64,000 nt of DNA, taken from the NCBI GenBank assembly GCA_963714015.1, contig OY970223.1, forward strand, positions 864,001 to 928,000. Reading direction: 5' to 3'. This DNA is from Vulcanimicrobiota bacterium (GTDB taxonomy: Bacteria; Vulcanimicrobiota; Vulcanimicrobiia; Vulcanimicrobiales; Vulcanimicrobiaceae). The notes below the pieces were generated by a model that did not search any database, had not been told where the DNA came from, and saw only the letters and a program-made list of their open reading frames with translations. The position numbers and the translations under genes were made by a program. Below, in pieces: positions 28,980-40,062 of the stretch (position 1 is the stretch's first letter; the number at the start of each line of letters is the position of its first letter).

Positions 28980-30707
28980 ATGACCAATACCGAGATCGCG
29001 CAGCTGCTGATGCGGATGCGCACGCTGATGGAACTCTCCGGCGAGTCGTTCTACAAATTCATGGCCTACGAGCGCGCCGCTTCGGCAATTGAAAACGCCG
29101 CGCCGCTCGGCGATCTCATCGCCGCAGGACAGTTGACCACGCTCCCCGGTATCGGCAAGTCGATCGGCGCCACGATCGAAGAGATCGCCGGAACGGGGAC
29201 GTGCGCATACTACGAGCAGCTGCAGCAGCGCTACCCGGCCACGATTTTTGAAGTGCTGGGGGTCTCAGGCATCGGCATCAAGACGGCCGCCATGCTGTTC
29301 GATCAATTCCAAATCGGTTCGCTCGCCGATTTGGAGCGCGCTATCGACGACGGCGTCCTCGAAGCGGCGCCGCGCATGGGGAAGAAGACCGTCGACAACA
29401 TCCGCCGCGGCATTCTCGCCTACCGCGGCCGGCAGCGCCGCACGCCGCTTGCACGGGCGCTGCGCACGGCGCGCGAAGTCATGGCGTTCCTGCAAAACGG
29501 GCCGCCGCTTCAACGGCTGACCTACGCGGGTAGTCTGCGCCGCGCGGAAGTAACGGTCGGCGACATCGACGTCATCTGCACGTCGGACGAAGCGGCCGCC
29601 GTCGTCGAGCGATTCGTCAGCTGGGATCGCGCGCGCGCCGTGCTCGCCGAAGGGCCCACCAAGGGCAGTATTTGGCTCGAAGACGGCTTGCAGATCGATC
29701 TGCGCGTGCTGCCCGATCATCTCTACGGAAACTTGCTGCAGCATTTCACCGGCAGCCGGGAGCACAACATCCAATTGCGCGAATACGCAGTGCGGCAGGG
29801 ACTGCGTGTGAGCGAGAACGGGATCTTGCGCTTGGAGAATGGTGAAGTGATCACGTGCCGCGACGAAGACGGCGTGTACGAAGCGCTCGGCATGCAGTAC
29901 ATTCCGCCTGAATTGCGCCAAGGCATGGGCGAGGTCGATTCGGCTTTACGCCGCCAGATTCCGCGCCTGATTGAATCGAGCGATATTTGCGGTGATTTCC
30001 ATATGCATTGCACGTGGAGCGACGGCCGGCAATCTTTGGAAGAAATGGTGCAAGCCGTCGCCAAGCGCGGATACCAATATCATTCGATCAGCGACCATTC
30101 GCAGGGGCGCGGGAATGCTTTCGGCTTGACGCCGGAACGCTTGCGGCAACAGCGCGAAGCGGTACGGGCAATGGGCGATCGCTACGGCGTGCGCACGTTG
30201 TGCAGCAGCGAGGTCGACATTCTGCCCGACGGATCGCTGGATTATTCCGACGAATTGCTTGCCGAATTGGATATCGTCATCGGCAGCGTGCATTCCGCCT
30301 TCAACATCGGACGCGACGCGATGACTGCGCGCTTGATTCGCGCCTGCGAGAATCCATACGTCTCCATTATCGGCCATCCTACGGGACGAATGCTGGACGG
30401 CTTTGCCGGGTACGACTTCGACTACGATGCGGTGTTTGCCGCGGCGGCACGGACGGGGACTGCACTGGAGATCGACGGGCAAGCGATGCGCCTGGATTTG
30501 CCTTCGGCATTAGCGCAGCGCGCAAAAACGTTCGGCGTGGTCTTTGCGACGGACAGCGACGCGCACGACGTAACGCACCTGGAAAATTTGGAACTTGCCG
30601 TATCGCAAGCGCGCCGAGCGGGCTTGACCAAAGACGACGTTCTGAACGCCCGCTCGCTGGAGGGCGTGCTCGCATTCGTGCGCGAAAAACGACAGCGCGC
30701 GGCGTGA
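28980..30707 (+). CDS. polX: DNA polymerase X with PHP 3'-5' exonuclease domain
   Basis: HhH motifs, GSLRR...GDID, IDLR, HFTGS; PHP HMH...DH...HP...SDAH. Confidence 0.96.
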   Translation: MTNTEIAQLLMRMRTLMELSGESFYKFMAYERAASAIENAAPLGDLIAAGQLTTLPGIGKSIGATIEEIAGTGTCAYYEQLQQRYPATIFEVLGVSGIGIKTAAMLFDQFQIGSLADLERAIDDGVLEAAPRMGKKTVDNIRRGILAYRGRQRRTPLARALRTAREVMAFLQNGPPLQRLTYAGSLRRAEVTVGDIDVICTSDEAAAVVERFVSWDRARAVLAEGPTKGSIWLEDGLQIDLRVLPDHLYGNLLQHFTGSREHNIQLREYAVRQGLRVSENGILRLENGEVITCRDEDGVYEALGMQYIPPELRQGMGEVDSALRRQIPRLIESSDICGDFHMHCTWSDGRQSLEEMVQAVAKRGYQYHSISDHSQGRGNAFGLTPERLRQQREAVRAMGDRYGVRTLCSSEVDILPDGSLDYSDELLAELDIVIGSVHSAFNIGRDAMTARLIRACENPYVSIIGHPTGRMLDGFAGYDFDYDAVFAAAARTGTALEIDGQAMRLDLPSALAQRAKTFGVVFATDSDAHDVTHLENLELAVSQARRAGLTKDDVLNARSLEGVLAFVREKRQRAA

Positions 30708-31471
30708 GCGCGATTGCGACCGCTCGCATGTCGGGCTACAATGGTGAGACCGTCATTTTTGTGCACGGCGTGGGCTCGACGGCGGCCATTTGGGATTACC
30801 AATTAGAAGCGTTCCGGGATGAATATCGCTGCTTTGCCGTGGAACTTCGCGGCAACGGAGTACCGAAGCCGGAATCGCCCCCGGAATTCATCACGCGCGA
30901 AGGTTTCGTGGAGGACGTGCTCGCGGTCGCCGACGCCGCCGGCGCGCAGCGGTTTCATTACGTCGGCTGCAGTTTGGGCGGCGCGATCGGATTCGAGTTA
31001 TGGAAGAAAGTCCCGCAGCGTATCAAGACGTTGACGTTTGTGGGCAGCTTTGCGTGGTACCCGAACGCACAGCAATATGTCGAGAACGTGATTGCGAGCG
31101 CGCGTGCAGCCGGCACGATGGAAAACTTTGCCCGCGAACGCGTCAAGAAGATCGGCATGCCGCCCGGACGCCGCACCGGCGAGACGATCGATCAAATGGC
31201 GTGCAAGTCCGTTGAGTCGTACGTCGCTTCTACGCGCGCTACGTGGACCGGCGAGTACCGCGACACATTACCGGAGATTGCCGTCCCTACCCTCGTTATC
31301 TGCGGCGAACGGGACACGATCGCGCCCCCTTCGTTTTCCGAGGAGATCGCCGCTGCCGTTCCCGGTGCTCGGCTCGAAATTATTGCCGGCGCCGGTCACG
31401 TAACGAACGCAGACGCGCCCGAAGCGTTCAACCGCGTTCTCGAAGCATTCTTGAGCGAGCGGAGGCGATGA
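30704..31471 (+). CDS. alpha/beta fold hydrolase
   Basis: FVHGVG, GCSLGG nucleophile elbow, GERD, AGH. Confidence 0.92.
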   Translation: MSAIATARMSGYNGETVIFVHGVGSTAAIWDYQLEAFRDEYRCFAVELRGNGVPKPESPPEFITREGFVEDVLAVADAAGAQRFHYVGCSLGGAIGFELWKKVPQRIKTLTFVGSFAWYPNAQQYVENVIASARAAGTMENFARERVKKIGMPPGRRTGETIDQMACKSVESYVASTRATWTGEYRDTLPEIAVPTLVICGERDTIAPPSFSEEIAAAVPGARLEIIAGAGHVTNADAPEAFNRVLEAFLSERRR

Positions 31472-31496
31472 GCGGCGCCGGGCGAACGGCTTGTAA

Positions 31497-33244
31497 ATGA
31501 GCCGCCGAACCGCGCGAATCGCAGCAGTGGCCGTGCTCACCGCGCTCGTCTTCATTCCGACGGGCGTCGACATGGCGTTGCCGTGGCATCCTTGGTCTTG
31601 GTACGGATTTTTCGTCGGCGGCGGTGCGGCGAACGTCGTCACCGCCGACGATGCGTCGCGGACTCAGGGCCTCGAGGTCGGCGACCGGCTCTTGACTCCC
31701 CTGCCCGCGGACGTCATGACGCGCGCGAGAACCTACGGTTTTACGCTGGCGCCCGAAGGGACGCCGGCGGTCGTTCGCGTGCTGCGTTCCGACGGCAGCG
31801 TCCGAACGTTGCGGATCGTCGCGAATACGCAGCCGCGCGACGTGTGGGACAACGTTTCCGTCGAGATTTTGAACGTGAGCACGTGGCTCTTCGTAGGTAT
31901 CGCGGCGGCGCTCGTGCTCGTGCGGCCGCGAACGGCGACCTGGGCGTTTCTCATTTTTGCAATCAGCCTGAGCACGCCGGGAATGCTGGCGTACGAGTAT
32001 CTGAGCGGTGCATGGCTGAACTTCTACATCGGGGCGCTTTCGATCCACTTCCTCATCGGCGTCGCCTTCCTCATCTTCGCACTGAATTTTCCCGAGGTGC
32101 GATTACGCGCGCGCACGATTGCGCTGGAATGCGCGCTGCTCGGAGCGTACCTCGTCTTCGCGATCCCGGCACGTTTCGGCGTGTTCGAAATGTCTTCGTG
32201 GCTCGAACAAGCGATCGCATGGGCACCGGTGCTTCCCGGAATCGCGATCATGATTTGGCGTCTGCGTCACGCGCCGGCACCGGAGCGGGCACGCCTGCGC
32301 TGGGTCTTCGCCGGGTTCATCGTAGCCGCGCTGCCGGCGCTATGGTTCTCGGCGCTCGGACCGTTCATCGGCATCGTCCCGCCGCATTTCATCGCGGTGT
32401 ACAACGTGGCAACGAGTGGAATCTCATCGCGCCCATCGCCGTAGCGTACGCCATCTGCAAGCATCGCCTCTTCGATCTGCGGTTCGTCGTGAACCGCGCC
32501 GCCGTCTTTTCAGTCGTATCGTTAATCTTGATCGGCGCGTTCGTCTTGACCGAATGGCTGCTGACCGAATGGCTGCGCAACGCGAGCCACGCGACGAACG
32601 TGATCGCCGGTGCGGCGGTTGCGCTCGCGCTGGGGTTTTCGATCCGCGCCGTGCACGCGCGCGTGGACCGCGCGGTCGACACGGTGCTCTTCCGCAAGCG
32701 GCACGAGAACGAGCGCGCCCTGCTCCGGTTCGCGGAGGACGCGCCGTACGTCACCGATCGCGACACGCTCTTGCTGCGCACGATGCAGACGTTGCGGCGT
32801 CACACCGACGCCGCCTCCGTAGATATCCTGATGGACGAGGGATACGGCCGCTACGGCGCTTTCGACGAAAACGACGCCGCTTTCGTCCGTATGCGCGCTA
32901 CGCATTGCGCCGTCGATCTTCACCGCGTCGAGACTGTGCTCTGCGGAGAGATTGCGTTCCCGCTGATTGCGCGCGCGTCGCTGCTGGGCGCGATCGTGCT
33001 CGGACCGCGGCAATCCGGAGAAACGTATGCTCCGGATGAAACCGCCGCCGTCACGCGCATCGCGCAGAGCGTCGCATCAGCGCTGGCGGCGGGGCTAAAA
33101 ACGGACCCCGCGCACGACGCCGTGCTCGAAGGCATTCGTGGGCTGCAAGAGTCGTTCGAATCGCTTCGTGTAAGCATATCGACGCTTGCGCCCATCGAAC
33201 TGCCTGAGGCGCTCGCCACGCGCGCTATGACACGGGGGCAATAA
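31497..33244 (+). CDS. multi-pass membrane protein with C-terminal GAF-like domain (frameshift near 32412)
   Basis: PDZ-like loop (GLEVGDRL), many TM segments, AYAICKHRLFDLRFVVNRA and LLGAIVLGPRQSGETYAPDE. Confidence 0.75.
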
Positions 33245-34085
33245 CCCGCGCAATTCCCGTATAGACGTTGCAGCGACCGCCGCGCACGAAACCGGCGAGC
33301 GTGAGTCCGAATGCTTGGGCGAGCGAGACGGCAAGACTGCTCGGTGCGGAAACAGCGGCAAGGATGGGAATTCGGGCAACGATGCATTTTTGCACCAATT
33401 CGTAACTCGCCCGGCCGCTGACCAGTGCTATGCATCCGTGAAGCGGAATGCGCTCGTTCAGCAATGCCCAGCCGACGATTTTGTCGACGGCATTATGGCG
33501 CCCGACGTCCTCGCGCAGGGCGAGGAGCTTGCCGTTGCCGTTGAAGAGCGCCGCAGCGTGAAGCCCGCCGGTTTGCGCAAAAACACGCTGAGCCTCGCGC
33601 ATTTTTTCAGGAAGCGAGGCGATGAACGAGCCGGTGACGTGCGCGTCGTCGTCGATTGGTTCGGCGCGCGTTGCGAGTGCGTCGATGCTTGCCTTTCCGC
33701 AGACGCCGCAGGCGCTGTTCACTGTAAAGTGGCGCTCGAGACGTTCCAGCTCCGGCATCTCGCGCAATTCAACCTCGACGTTGACGACGTTGTAGCGCTG
33801 TTCTTCGTCCAGTGCGCGATCCACGCAATACGAAATGCTCGAAATCTGGTTACGGCGGCTGACGATGCCTTCGCTGAACAGAAAACCTGCGGCGAGCTCA
33901 AAGTCGTTGCCCGGCGTGCGCATCGTCACGGCGAGCGAACGCGTTTGGCCGCCGGCTATGAGTCGAATTTCGAGTGGTTCTTCGGTGGCGAGTTCGTCAA
34001 CGGTCTCACGCGACTGCGCGCCCTCGATCGTCAGAATGCGAGCCGGCGTGGTCAGGCCGGGACGCTGGTATTCTTGGTCTATCAT
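33225..34085 (-). CDS. fdhD: formate dehydrogenase accessory sulfurtransferase FdhD
   Basis: EEPLEI, MRTPG, SACGVCG, TGGLHAA, EDVGRHNAVDK. Confidence 0.97.
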   Translation of the reverse strand: MIDQEYQRPGLTTPARILTIEGAQSRETVDELATEEPLEIRLIAGGQTRSLAVTMRTPGNDFELAAGFLFSEGIVSRRNQISSISYCVDRALDEEQRYNVVNVEVELREMPELERLERHFTVNSACGVCGKASIDALATRAEPIDDDAHVTGSFIASLPEKMREAQRVFAQTGGLHAAALFNGNGKLLALREDVGRHNAVDKIVGWALLNERIPLHGCIALVSGRASYELVQKCIVARIPILAAVSAPSSLAVSLAQAFGLTLAGFVRGGRCNVYTGIARVIAPVS

Positions 34086-34117
34086 TCCGCTTGCGAACGC
34101 CTCTTTAGGGATTGCGC

Positions 34118-34291
34118 CTATTGTAGCGGTTCCAGCGTGCTTGCCGCTAGCGTCAATAGCAAAATCGCAAGGTACAGCAACGGAGTTACGCCCGGCCTGC
34201 CGTGAAGGAGCGCCGCTGCCGCCGCGGCGAGCGCCACGCCTACCGGCGTCAAACGCGAATTTCCCGTGACGAATTTGTAGATCTGCTTCAC
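34118..34291 (-). CDS. small two-TM membrane protein
   Basis: GTG overlaps the upstream stop; two hydrophobic helices. Confidence 0.65.
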   Translation of the reverse strand: MKQIYKFVTGNSRLTPVGVALAAAAAALLHGRPGVTPLLYLAILLLTLAASTLEPLQ

Positions 34292-35004
34292 GCCCGCGCC
34301 GGCTTTCGCAGCAGAGGTATCAGCAGAAATGCCGCAATCGCGTAAGCTCCGACAATCCAAACCAGCGCCGAATCACCGCTCCACCAGGTCAGCCCCAAGC
34401 CTTCGCCGCTCCAAAACGTGCCGAACGAACACAGCATCACGCCGACCACGAAACCCATGGCATTCTCGGGAATCTTGGAGAGCGGCCGGCGCAACACGGC
34501 CGCTGCGCCTGCAACCAGCAAACCCGCTGCCAGCGCCCCGCCGGACGCCCATAGAAACGCGCCCTTTTTCTCCGCCGCAAACGTGACGACGATTACGGCA
34601 ACCTCCAAGCCTTCGAGCAGCACGCCGTTGAAGGCCGTCGCGAATGCATAGCGGCGCTCGTGATGCGCTTGCAGCGCCGCGAGTTCCTTATCGTAAGCGG
34701 AGACCTCGTTTCGCAACGCCTTGCGGCCCGCATAGCGCCAAATCGCCTTACGCAGCCACGAATAACCGAACAGCAGCAAAAAGATACCGATGACGGTCTG
34801 CAAAATCGCGATCGGCACGAACGTTACGAGCGCCGGTCCGAAGATCGCGCATATTGCGATCAGCGCTGCAATGGCCCAGCCGGCGGCAGCGAGCGCCGTG
34901 CGCCAGCCGGCGCTGTACGCGACGGCCAGCACGATAGTCGCCGCTTCCACGAACTCGAGCGACGAGGCCGTGAACGTCGTAAAAGCGGCGACCCAAGGCG
35001 TCAT
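34288..35004 (-). CDS. COG4280 / GDT1-like membrane protein
   Basis: Internal repeat with LEFVEA and LLEGLE motifs; 6-7 TM segments. Confidence 0.8.
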   Translation of the reverse strand: MTPWVAAFTTFTASSLEFVEAATIVLAVAYSAGWRTALAAAGWAIAALIAICAIFGPALVTFVPIAILQTVIGIFLLLFGYSWLRKAIWRYAGRKALRNEVSAYDKELAALQAHHERRYAFATAFNGVLLEGLEVAVIVVTFAAEKKGAFLWASGGALAAGLLVAGAAAVLRRPLSKIPENAMGFVVGVMLCSFGTFWSGEGLGLTWWSGDSALVWIVGAYAIAAFLLIPLLRKPARA

Positions 35005-37266
35005 CGAGTGCGCGCGGCGTGCGCCAGAATGTCGTCGAGTACGCGCGGATCGACGGCGTCCGGCCGGCTGAAGTTCATTTTCGCGCTTATCGCCGAGCCG
35101 TACGCGGTTTTTTTATTGAATTCGTCGACGGAGACTTCGGGCTTTAGGGCGGTGAACGGCGCTGAATTAGCGGCGCGCATCGCAAAGGCCGAATATAACG
35201 GCTGCGCCGTTTCGTCGTAGATAGAAAGCGGCTGCAAGCCCAGCAGAATCTCGATGGTATGCACGAATCCGGCTGTTGAGTAATGACCGTGCTGGATGCC
35301 GCCTTTTGCATACGGGGATGCAATATAGAAGGTCGATCGCTGATCGCTGACGTGGTCGGGCCCGTCCTGCGCGTCATCTTCCAACACGAAGATTGCCGTC
35401 GACTTCCAGTACTTCGAGTGCGACACGGTGTCGACGAGCCGTCCGACGGCCCAATCATTCATCGCGACGTAGGCCTGCGGCGTTCGCATATTCGGCGCGG
35501 TTCCGGCCGTGTGATCGTTCGGAAAATAGACGATCTCCAGCTGCGGCAGGTTGCTCCGCGCAACGAAGGCTTGAAACTCGCGTTCCCACTCGGCGTAGCG
35601 CGCGGTGTCCATGTACGAGAGATCCCACCCGATGTAGCGCGGGTCGAAGTGCGCGGTTAGGCCGGGAAACGTGTTGAGAACCGTCTTCATCGCCGAGTTG
35701 CCGGCTTCGTCCACGTCTTCGCCATAGTCGCGATAGGTAACGTGTGCGCGTTTGGCGGCATCCCATAGATACCCGTTGTGCGGGACGTCCGGCGCGTTGC
35801 CTTGCTGGAAGTCGTACAGCTCGCGGCGGCCGCCGTAATTCGGCGGCCAAAAACGCTCGACATAATCGTTTGCAAAGGCTGCGTCCGTCCAATTGTGCCC
35901 GTTTGCGCTGACTTGCGCGTCGACGTACGCGTTGTCGAAAATGCCGAAGCGTTTGGAGAGCGCATGCTGGTTCGGCGTAACGCGCGAACCGTAGATCGTC
36001 AAGCTCTGCATCGCCGTCGGCACCGGGAATATCGCCCAGAACTTGATCGTACGAACGATTTTCTTTGATGACGTAGATGACGTGTTTGATTGGACCGTTC
36101 GCACGAAGAACCGTCTGCCCGGGCGCGTTCCATTGCGGCGCGGCGTCCGCGACGACGGCCTGGGTTTCCGTCGTCCCGTCGCGATACTCAGCCGGCGGGA
36201 TCTTGCGCAGCGATCCGACGGTGAGCAGACCCACGTATCCCGCATCGCCGCGGCGCGGATTGAACTGAGGATTCGCCGGAGCGCGTTCGCCGCGGCCGTT
36301 GCTTACGAACAGCGTTCCATCGGATGCTACGGCGACCCCGGTCGGATACCACCCGGCGGGTATGCGTTCGGCCAATGCTCCATCGCGAATCACGCCGACG
36401 GCATTCTCCGCGCCGAGGCTGACGAAGATTGTTCCGCCCGCAACGAACAGCGCATTCGGCGAAGCTCCGTACCCCGCCGTTCGGGGCGCTTCCAACTTGA
36501 CCGAAACGCCGGAAGTGCGCTCGTTCGCATGCAGATCCACAATTCCGACGCTGTCGTTATCGCTTTCGGCCACATAGAGCCGACTTCCATCACCCGAGAG
36601 CGCCAGTGCCGACGGATCCAGACCGACGGGAATGCTTGCCGTTATCACATGCGATGCAACATCGATCACCGCGACCTCGCTCGGCTGACGCACCGCTGCA
36701 TAGAGCGTCTTGCCGTCCGGAGAAAAGACGAGATCGGACGGATGAGCGCCGACGTGCACGTTCACCGGGGCCGCCGTTCCGTTCAGCGATGCGAATATCA
36801 CCGAACCGGCGTCGTCGCAGAGCGCAAAACCGGTTTTGTCCGGCGCGAGGGCGACCGCAACGGGCAGTGCGGTCGAACCGGCAGCGATTTGCCGAATCGT
36901 CGAATTTGCAATGTCGACGTCGAGCAGCGCGTGCGTGCTCGCTCCGGCGACCAGCACGTGGCTTGCATCGAGCCAGACGGGCTTTCCGAACGCATCTTTG
37001 AGCCGAATCTTTGCGCGTTCACCGAGATTCGACGTATCGAAGACGTGCAGCGCCGGCGGCGCAACGCCCGATTCTACTAGAGCAACGGCTCCCTCGTCCG
37101 GCGAGAGCGCGATGCCCTGCGGCATCGTTCCGGTTACGGTTTCCGGTCCTTGCGGCGCCGCAAGTCTCCAGCCGCCGGGAAGCATTACCGTTCCCGGCTC
37201 TTGCGCGAAAACTGCGCCGAGAAGCGCGATGCCGAGCGCGATACCGGCGAACAAAGGTCGCAACAT
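35001..37266 (-). CDS. secreted YncE beta-propeller + phosphoesterase (alkaline phosphatase superfamily), frameshift near 36005
   Basis: Signal peptide, YVTN repeats, KHVIYVIKENRSYD, PNDHT, EDDAQDGPDHV. Confidence 0.9.
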
Positions 37267-37367
37267 GCCGCCCCGTTCTACCGGAAGCGCTGCAACCCCG
37301 CCGCGGAACCTCCGGCTAGGACTTTTGGTCCGAAGGAGGCCACCGCGATCCCCGGAATCGGGCCTTC

Positions 37368-38312
37368 GTGGAACTCGGCGAGATTAACGTTTACTCCAAC
37401 AACGGCTTTCACCGGTACGAAGACGCCAAAGTCGGCCTTCTGACGCACGGTTTGCAATACGGAACCGGCTGCTTTGAAGGGATCCGCGGCTATTGGTCCG
37501 CGCAAGAAAACGAACTCTATTTAGTGCAGCTGCGCGAACACTACGAGCGTCTGGCGATCTCCGCCAAAATTCTGATGATGGAGTTGCCACATTCGACGGA
37601 CGAATTGATCCGGATTACCGCCGATCTCTGCGCCCGGAATCGTTTTGAAACGGATATTTACATCCGGCCGTGCATCTTCAAAGCGGCCGAAGACATCGGC
37701 GTAAGATTACACGGCGTGCCGGATCATTTCGCAATCGTTCCCCTCCCGTTCACGCGTTACATCGACGCGAGCGGAGGATTGAAAGCCGGCATCAGTTCGT
37801 GGCGGCGCGCAGACGATTCCGCGGCTCCTCCTCGCGCAAAGATCACGGGTCTGTACGTCAACAGCGCGCTCGCGAAGAGCGAAGCAATCGCGAACGGCTT
37901 TGACGAGGCGATCATGCTCTCGCACGACGGCCACGTCGCCGAAGGTTCGGCCGAGAACATCTTCCTCGTCAAACGCGGCGTTCTCTATACGCCGGACCCC
38001 TCCCAAAACGTGCTGGAAGGCTGCACGCGCCGCTCGATCATGGAGATCGCGCGTAACGAATTGAATATCGAGATCGTCGAGCGTTCGATCGACCGCAGCG
38101 AGCTCTACGGCGCGGAAGAATTATTCTTCACCGGGACCGCTGCAGGCGTCATCTACATTCAATCGGTCGACCGGAGAATTGTCGGCGACGGCAAGATCGG
38201 CCCGATCACGAAGCGGCTCTGCGAGTTCTACGACGGCGCCGTGCGCGGCAAAGAGCCGAAGTACTCGAACTGGCTCAGCAAAGTCTACGCAGGCCGCGCC
38301 GTCCGCTCTTAA
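37368..38312 (+). CDS. ilvE: branched-chain amino acid aminotransferase
   Basis: LQYGTGCFEGIR, AKITGLY, EGSAENIF, LEGCTR, FFTGTAA. Confidence 0.95.
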   Translation: MELGEINVYSNNGFHRYEDAKVGLLTHGLQYGTGCFEGIRGYWSAQENELYLVQLREHYERLAISAKILMMELPHSTDELIRITADLCARNRFETDIYIRPCIFKAAEDIGVRLHGVPDHFAIVPLPFTRYIDASGGLKAGISSWRRADDSAAPPRAKITGLYVNSALAKSEAIANGFDEAIMLSHDGHVAEGSAENIFLVKRGVLYTPDPSQNVLEGCTRRSIMEIARNELNIEIVERSIDRSELYGAEELFFTGTAAGVIYIQSVDRRIVGDGKIGPITKRLCEFYDGAVRGKEPKYSNWLSKVYAGRAVRS

Positions 38313-38322
38313 GCAAGCCGCA

Positions 38323-38754
38323 CTAGCACTCACGGCCGGAGATTCTAAACGGGTCCGACTTGAGTGTTGTTCCGTAAAACCATACGGCGCCGTGAACCGG
38401 TAGCCCAAACGCCATGCGCTCGAAGAGTCTTCCACAGCGCTCATGGAAACTCGACACCAGCAGGATAGAAGATGCACCCAAATCCTGTCGATGGGCCTGT
38501 TGCGGCGGATATATCGAGGATTCTTGCATTTGCAGCGGGCCTGCGATGGCGGTTAGCCTGTGTCGGAAATCGAAGTCCCGGGCACCCAAATGATCGAGAA
38601 CCGAATTTATTTCGGACGCGCGATCCCTATTGCAGAATCCTTGTCTGAGACCTTGGACCGTCCTGACGGAGGCGCCGGGCCAAAACGCGCGCGAGTGCTC
38701 TCGGGCGCAGGACGCCAAAATAAACGCAAACGCTAGCGTTCGGAGAGCGGACAC
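38323..38754 (-). CDS. hypothetical lipoprotein
   Basis: Signal peptide with LASC lipobox; no recognisable domain. Confidence 0.5.
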   Translation of the reverse strand: MSALRTLAFAFILASCAREHSRAFWPGASVRTVQGLRQGFCNRDRASEINSVLDHLGARDFDFRHRLTAIAGPLQMQESSIYPPQQAHRQDLGASSILLVSSFHERCGRLFERMAFGLPVHGAVWFYGTTLKSDPFRISGREC

Positions 38755-38922
38755 GACAACACGCGCAAAAAGTGTGTCGCCGGCGTCGATTCGATCACGT
38801 CACGATCACATGTGTCGAAACGGCCGAAGTATTCTGCGATACACCCCTCCGGCGAATCTAGGCGGGCGATGCCGGACGCGGCCGGAAACGTTTTCGGCCG
38901 ACGAAATCAAATAGCGAAGCTG

Positions 38923-39963
38923 CTACTGTGGCGGCGCTGAGGTAGGCGCGGTTGTCGGCGCCGGTGAGGCCGCGTTCCACATGGGGACGTCCGGAATAAC
39001 CTGCGGCGTTTGATTTTGCGCATCAACTTGCGGCGCCGGCGTTGCAGCCGCAATGGGCGGAAGCGCCTGATCGTCCAAGCCGTTTTCGGCACGCCAGTGC
39101 GCGAACTGCTCCATGCGATTGTACGCGACTCGGGAGATGCGGCGGATGAACGATCGTCCGGAGTCGAGCGAGGAAAGATCGGTCGTCATCACCGCGATCA
39201 CGTAGGGTTCGGCGGCGTAGACGATCCCGACGTCATTGAGTGTGTCGTCGAACGAACCGGTCTTGTGAGCGATCGGAATGTCCGGAAGCGAGGCCGGCAA
39301 CAGCGTGTTGATCTGCTGATGCTCCAAAATCTGAATCATCTCGCGTGAGGACCACTCGTCGATCAGGTTTTTCTTCGCCATGTCGCTGAGCAGCCGCACC
39401 ATGTCGGCCGGCGTGGTGCGCAAGTCGGTCCGAACGCTGTAGTCTTCCGTTCGAATGTAGTCCGCCAGATGCGTGTGGTGCAATCCCAAGTCGGCCATCT
39501 CCGCGTTGATACTGCGGCGGCCGACCAGACGAATGAGCATGTTTGCGGCGGTGTTGTCGCTGACGGTGATCATCTGCGTGAGCAGCGTCGAGACCGGAAA
39601 CGTCGATCCGACCGGCGCGTCGCAGATGTCGCCGGATCCCCAATCGCGGTCGTTCGGAAGCAGCTCGACGCGGCGGTTGAAATCGAACGCACCCGCCTTC
39701 ATCTCCTTGAAGACCTCGACCATGATCGGCACTTTGATCGTGGAGGCCGCGGGCATCACTTGATTCATGTTGTAGCCGGAGGTGTAGCCCGTGGCAAGAT
39801 CGCGCACTGCAAACGCTGCGACGCCCGGAGCATCGGCTCCGAAACTTCGAAGCGTCTGCTGCATGTTCAACAGGGGTTTGGGGACGGCGGCACGCGCATC
39901 AGCGTGCGTTGCAATTGCTAACGCAAAAAAGAGAGTAGCGACAAGTGCAGAGAAGGGCCGCAT
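38923..39963 (-). CDS. class A beta-lactamase-related serine hydrolase
   Basis: Signal peptide, AASTIK (SxxK), SDN, HKTG; Pro/Ala-rich tail. Confidence 0.9.
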   Translation of the reverse strand: MRPFSALVATLFFALAIATHADARAAVPKPLLNMQQTLRSFGADAPGVAAFAVRDLATGYTSGYNMNQVMPAASTIKVPIMVEVFKEMKAGAFDFNRRVELLPNDRDWGSGDICDAPVGSTFPVSTLLTQMITVSDNTAANMLIRLVGRRSINAEMADLGLHHTHLADYIRTEDYSVRTDLRTTPADMVRLLSDMAKKNLIDEWSSREMIQILEHQQINTLLPASLPDIPIAHKTGSFDDTLNDVGIVYAAEPYVIAVMTTDLSSLDSGRSFIRRISRVAYNRMEQFAHWRAENGLDDQALPPIAAATPAPQVDAQNQTPQVIPDVPMWNAASPAPTTAPTSAPPQ

Positions 39964-40062
39964 ACGTCAGTTGTCGGCAGGTTCTTTGTAAAGAGTTACG
40001 CTCCCCCCTCGCGGCATTGCCCGAAGTTTTCATTGACCGAAGCTTGCTTGCCCCTCGGTGTC

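Noticed and set aside
38790..38900. CGATCAC direct repeat and CGGCCG-GAAACGTTTT-CGGCCG palindrome
   Set aside because: Short elements in GC-rich DNA with no U-tract or associated regulator; not distinguishable from chance.
38923..39963. Antibiotic-resistance beta-lactamase
   Set aside because: SxxK/SDN/KTG are present, but there is no clear Glu166 omega-loop motif; more likely a PBP-like serine hydrolase.
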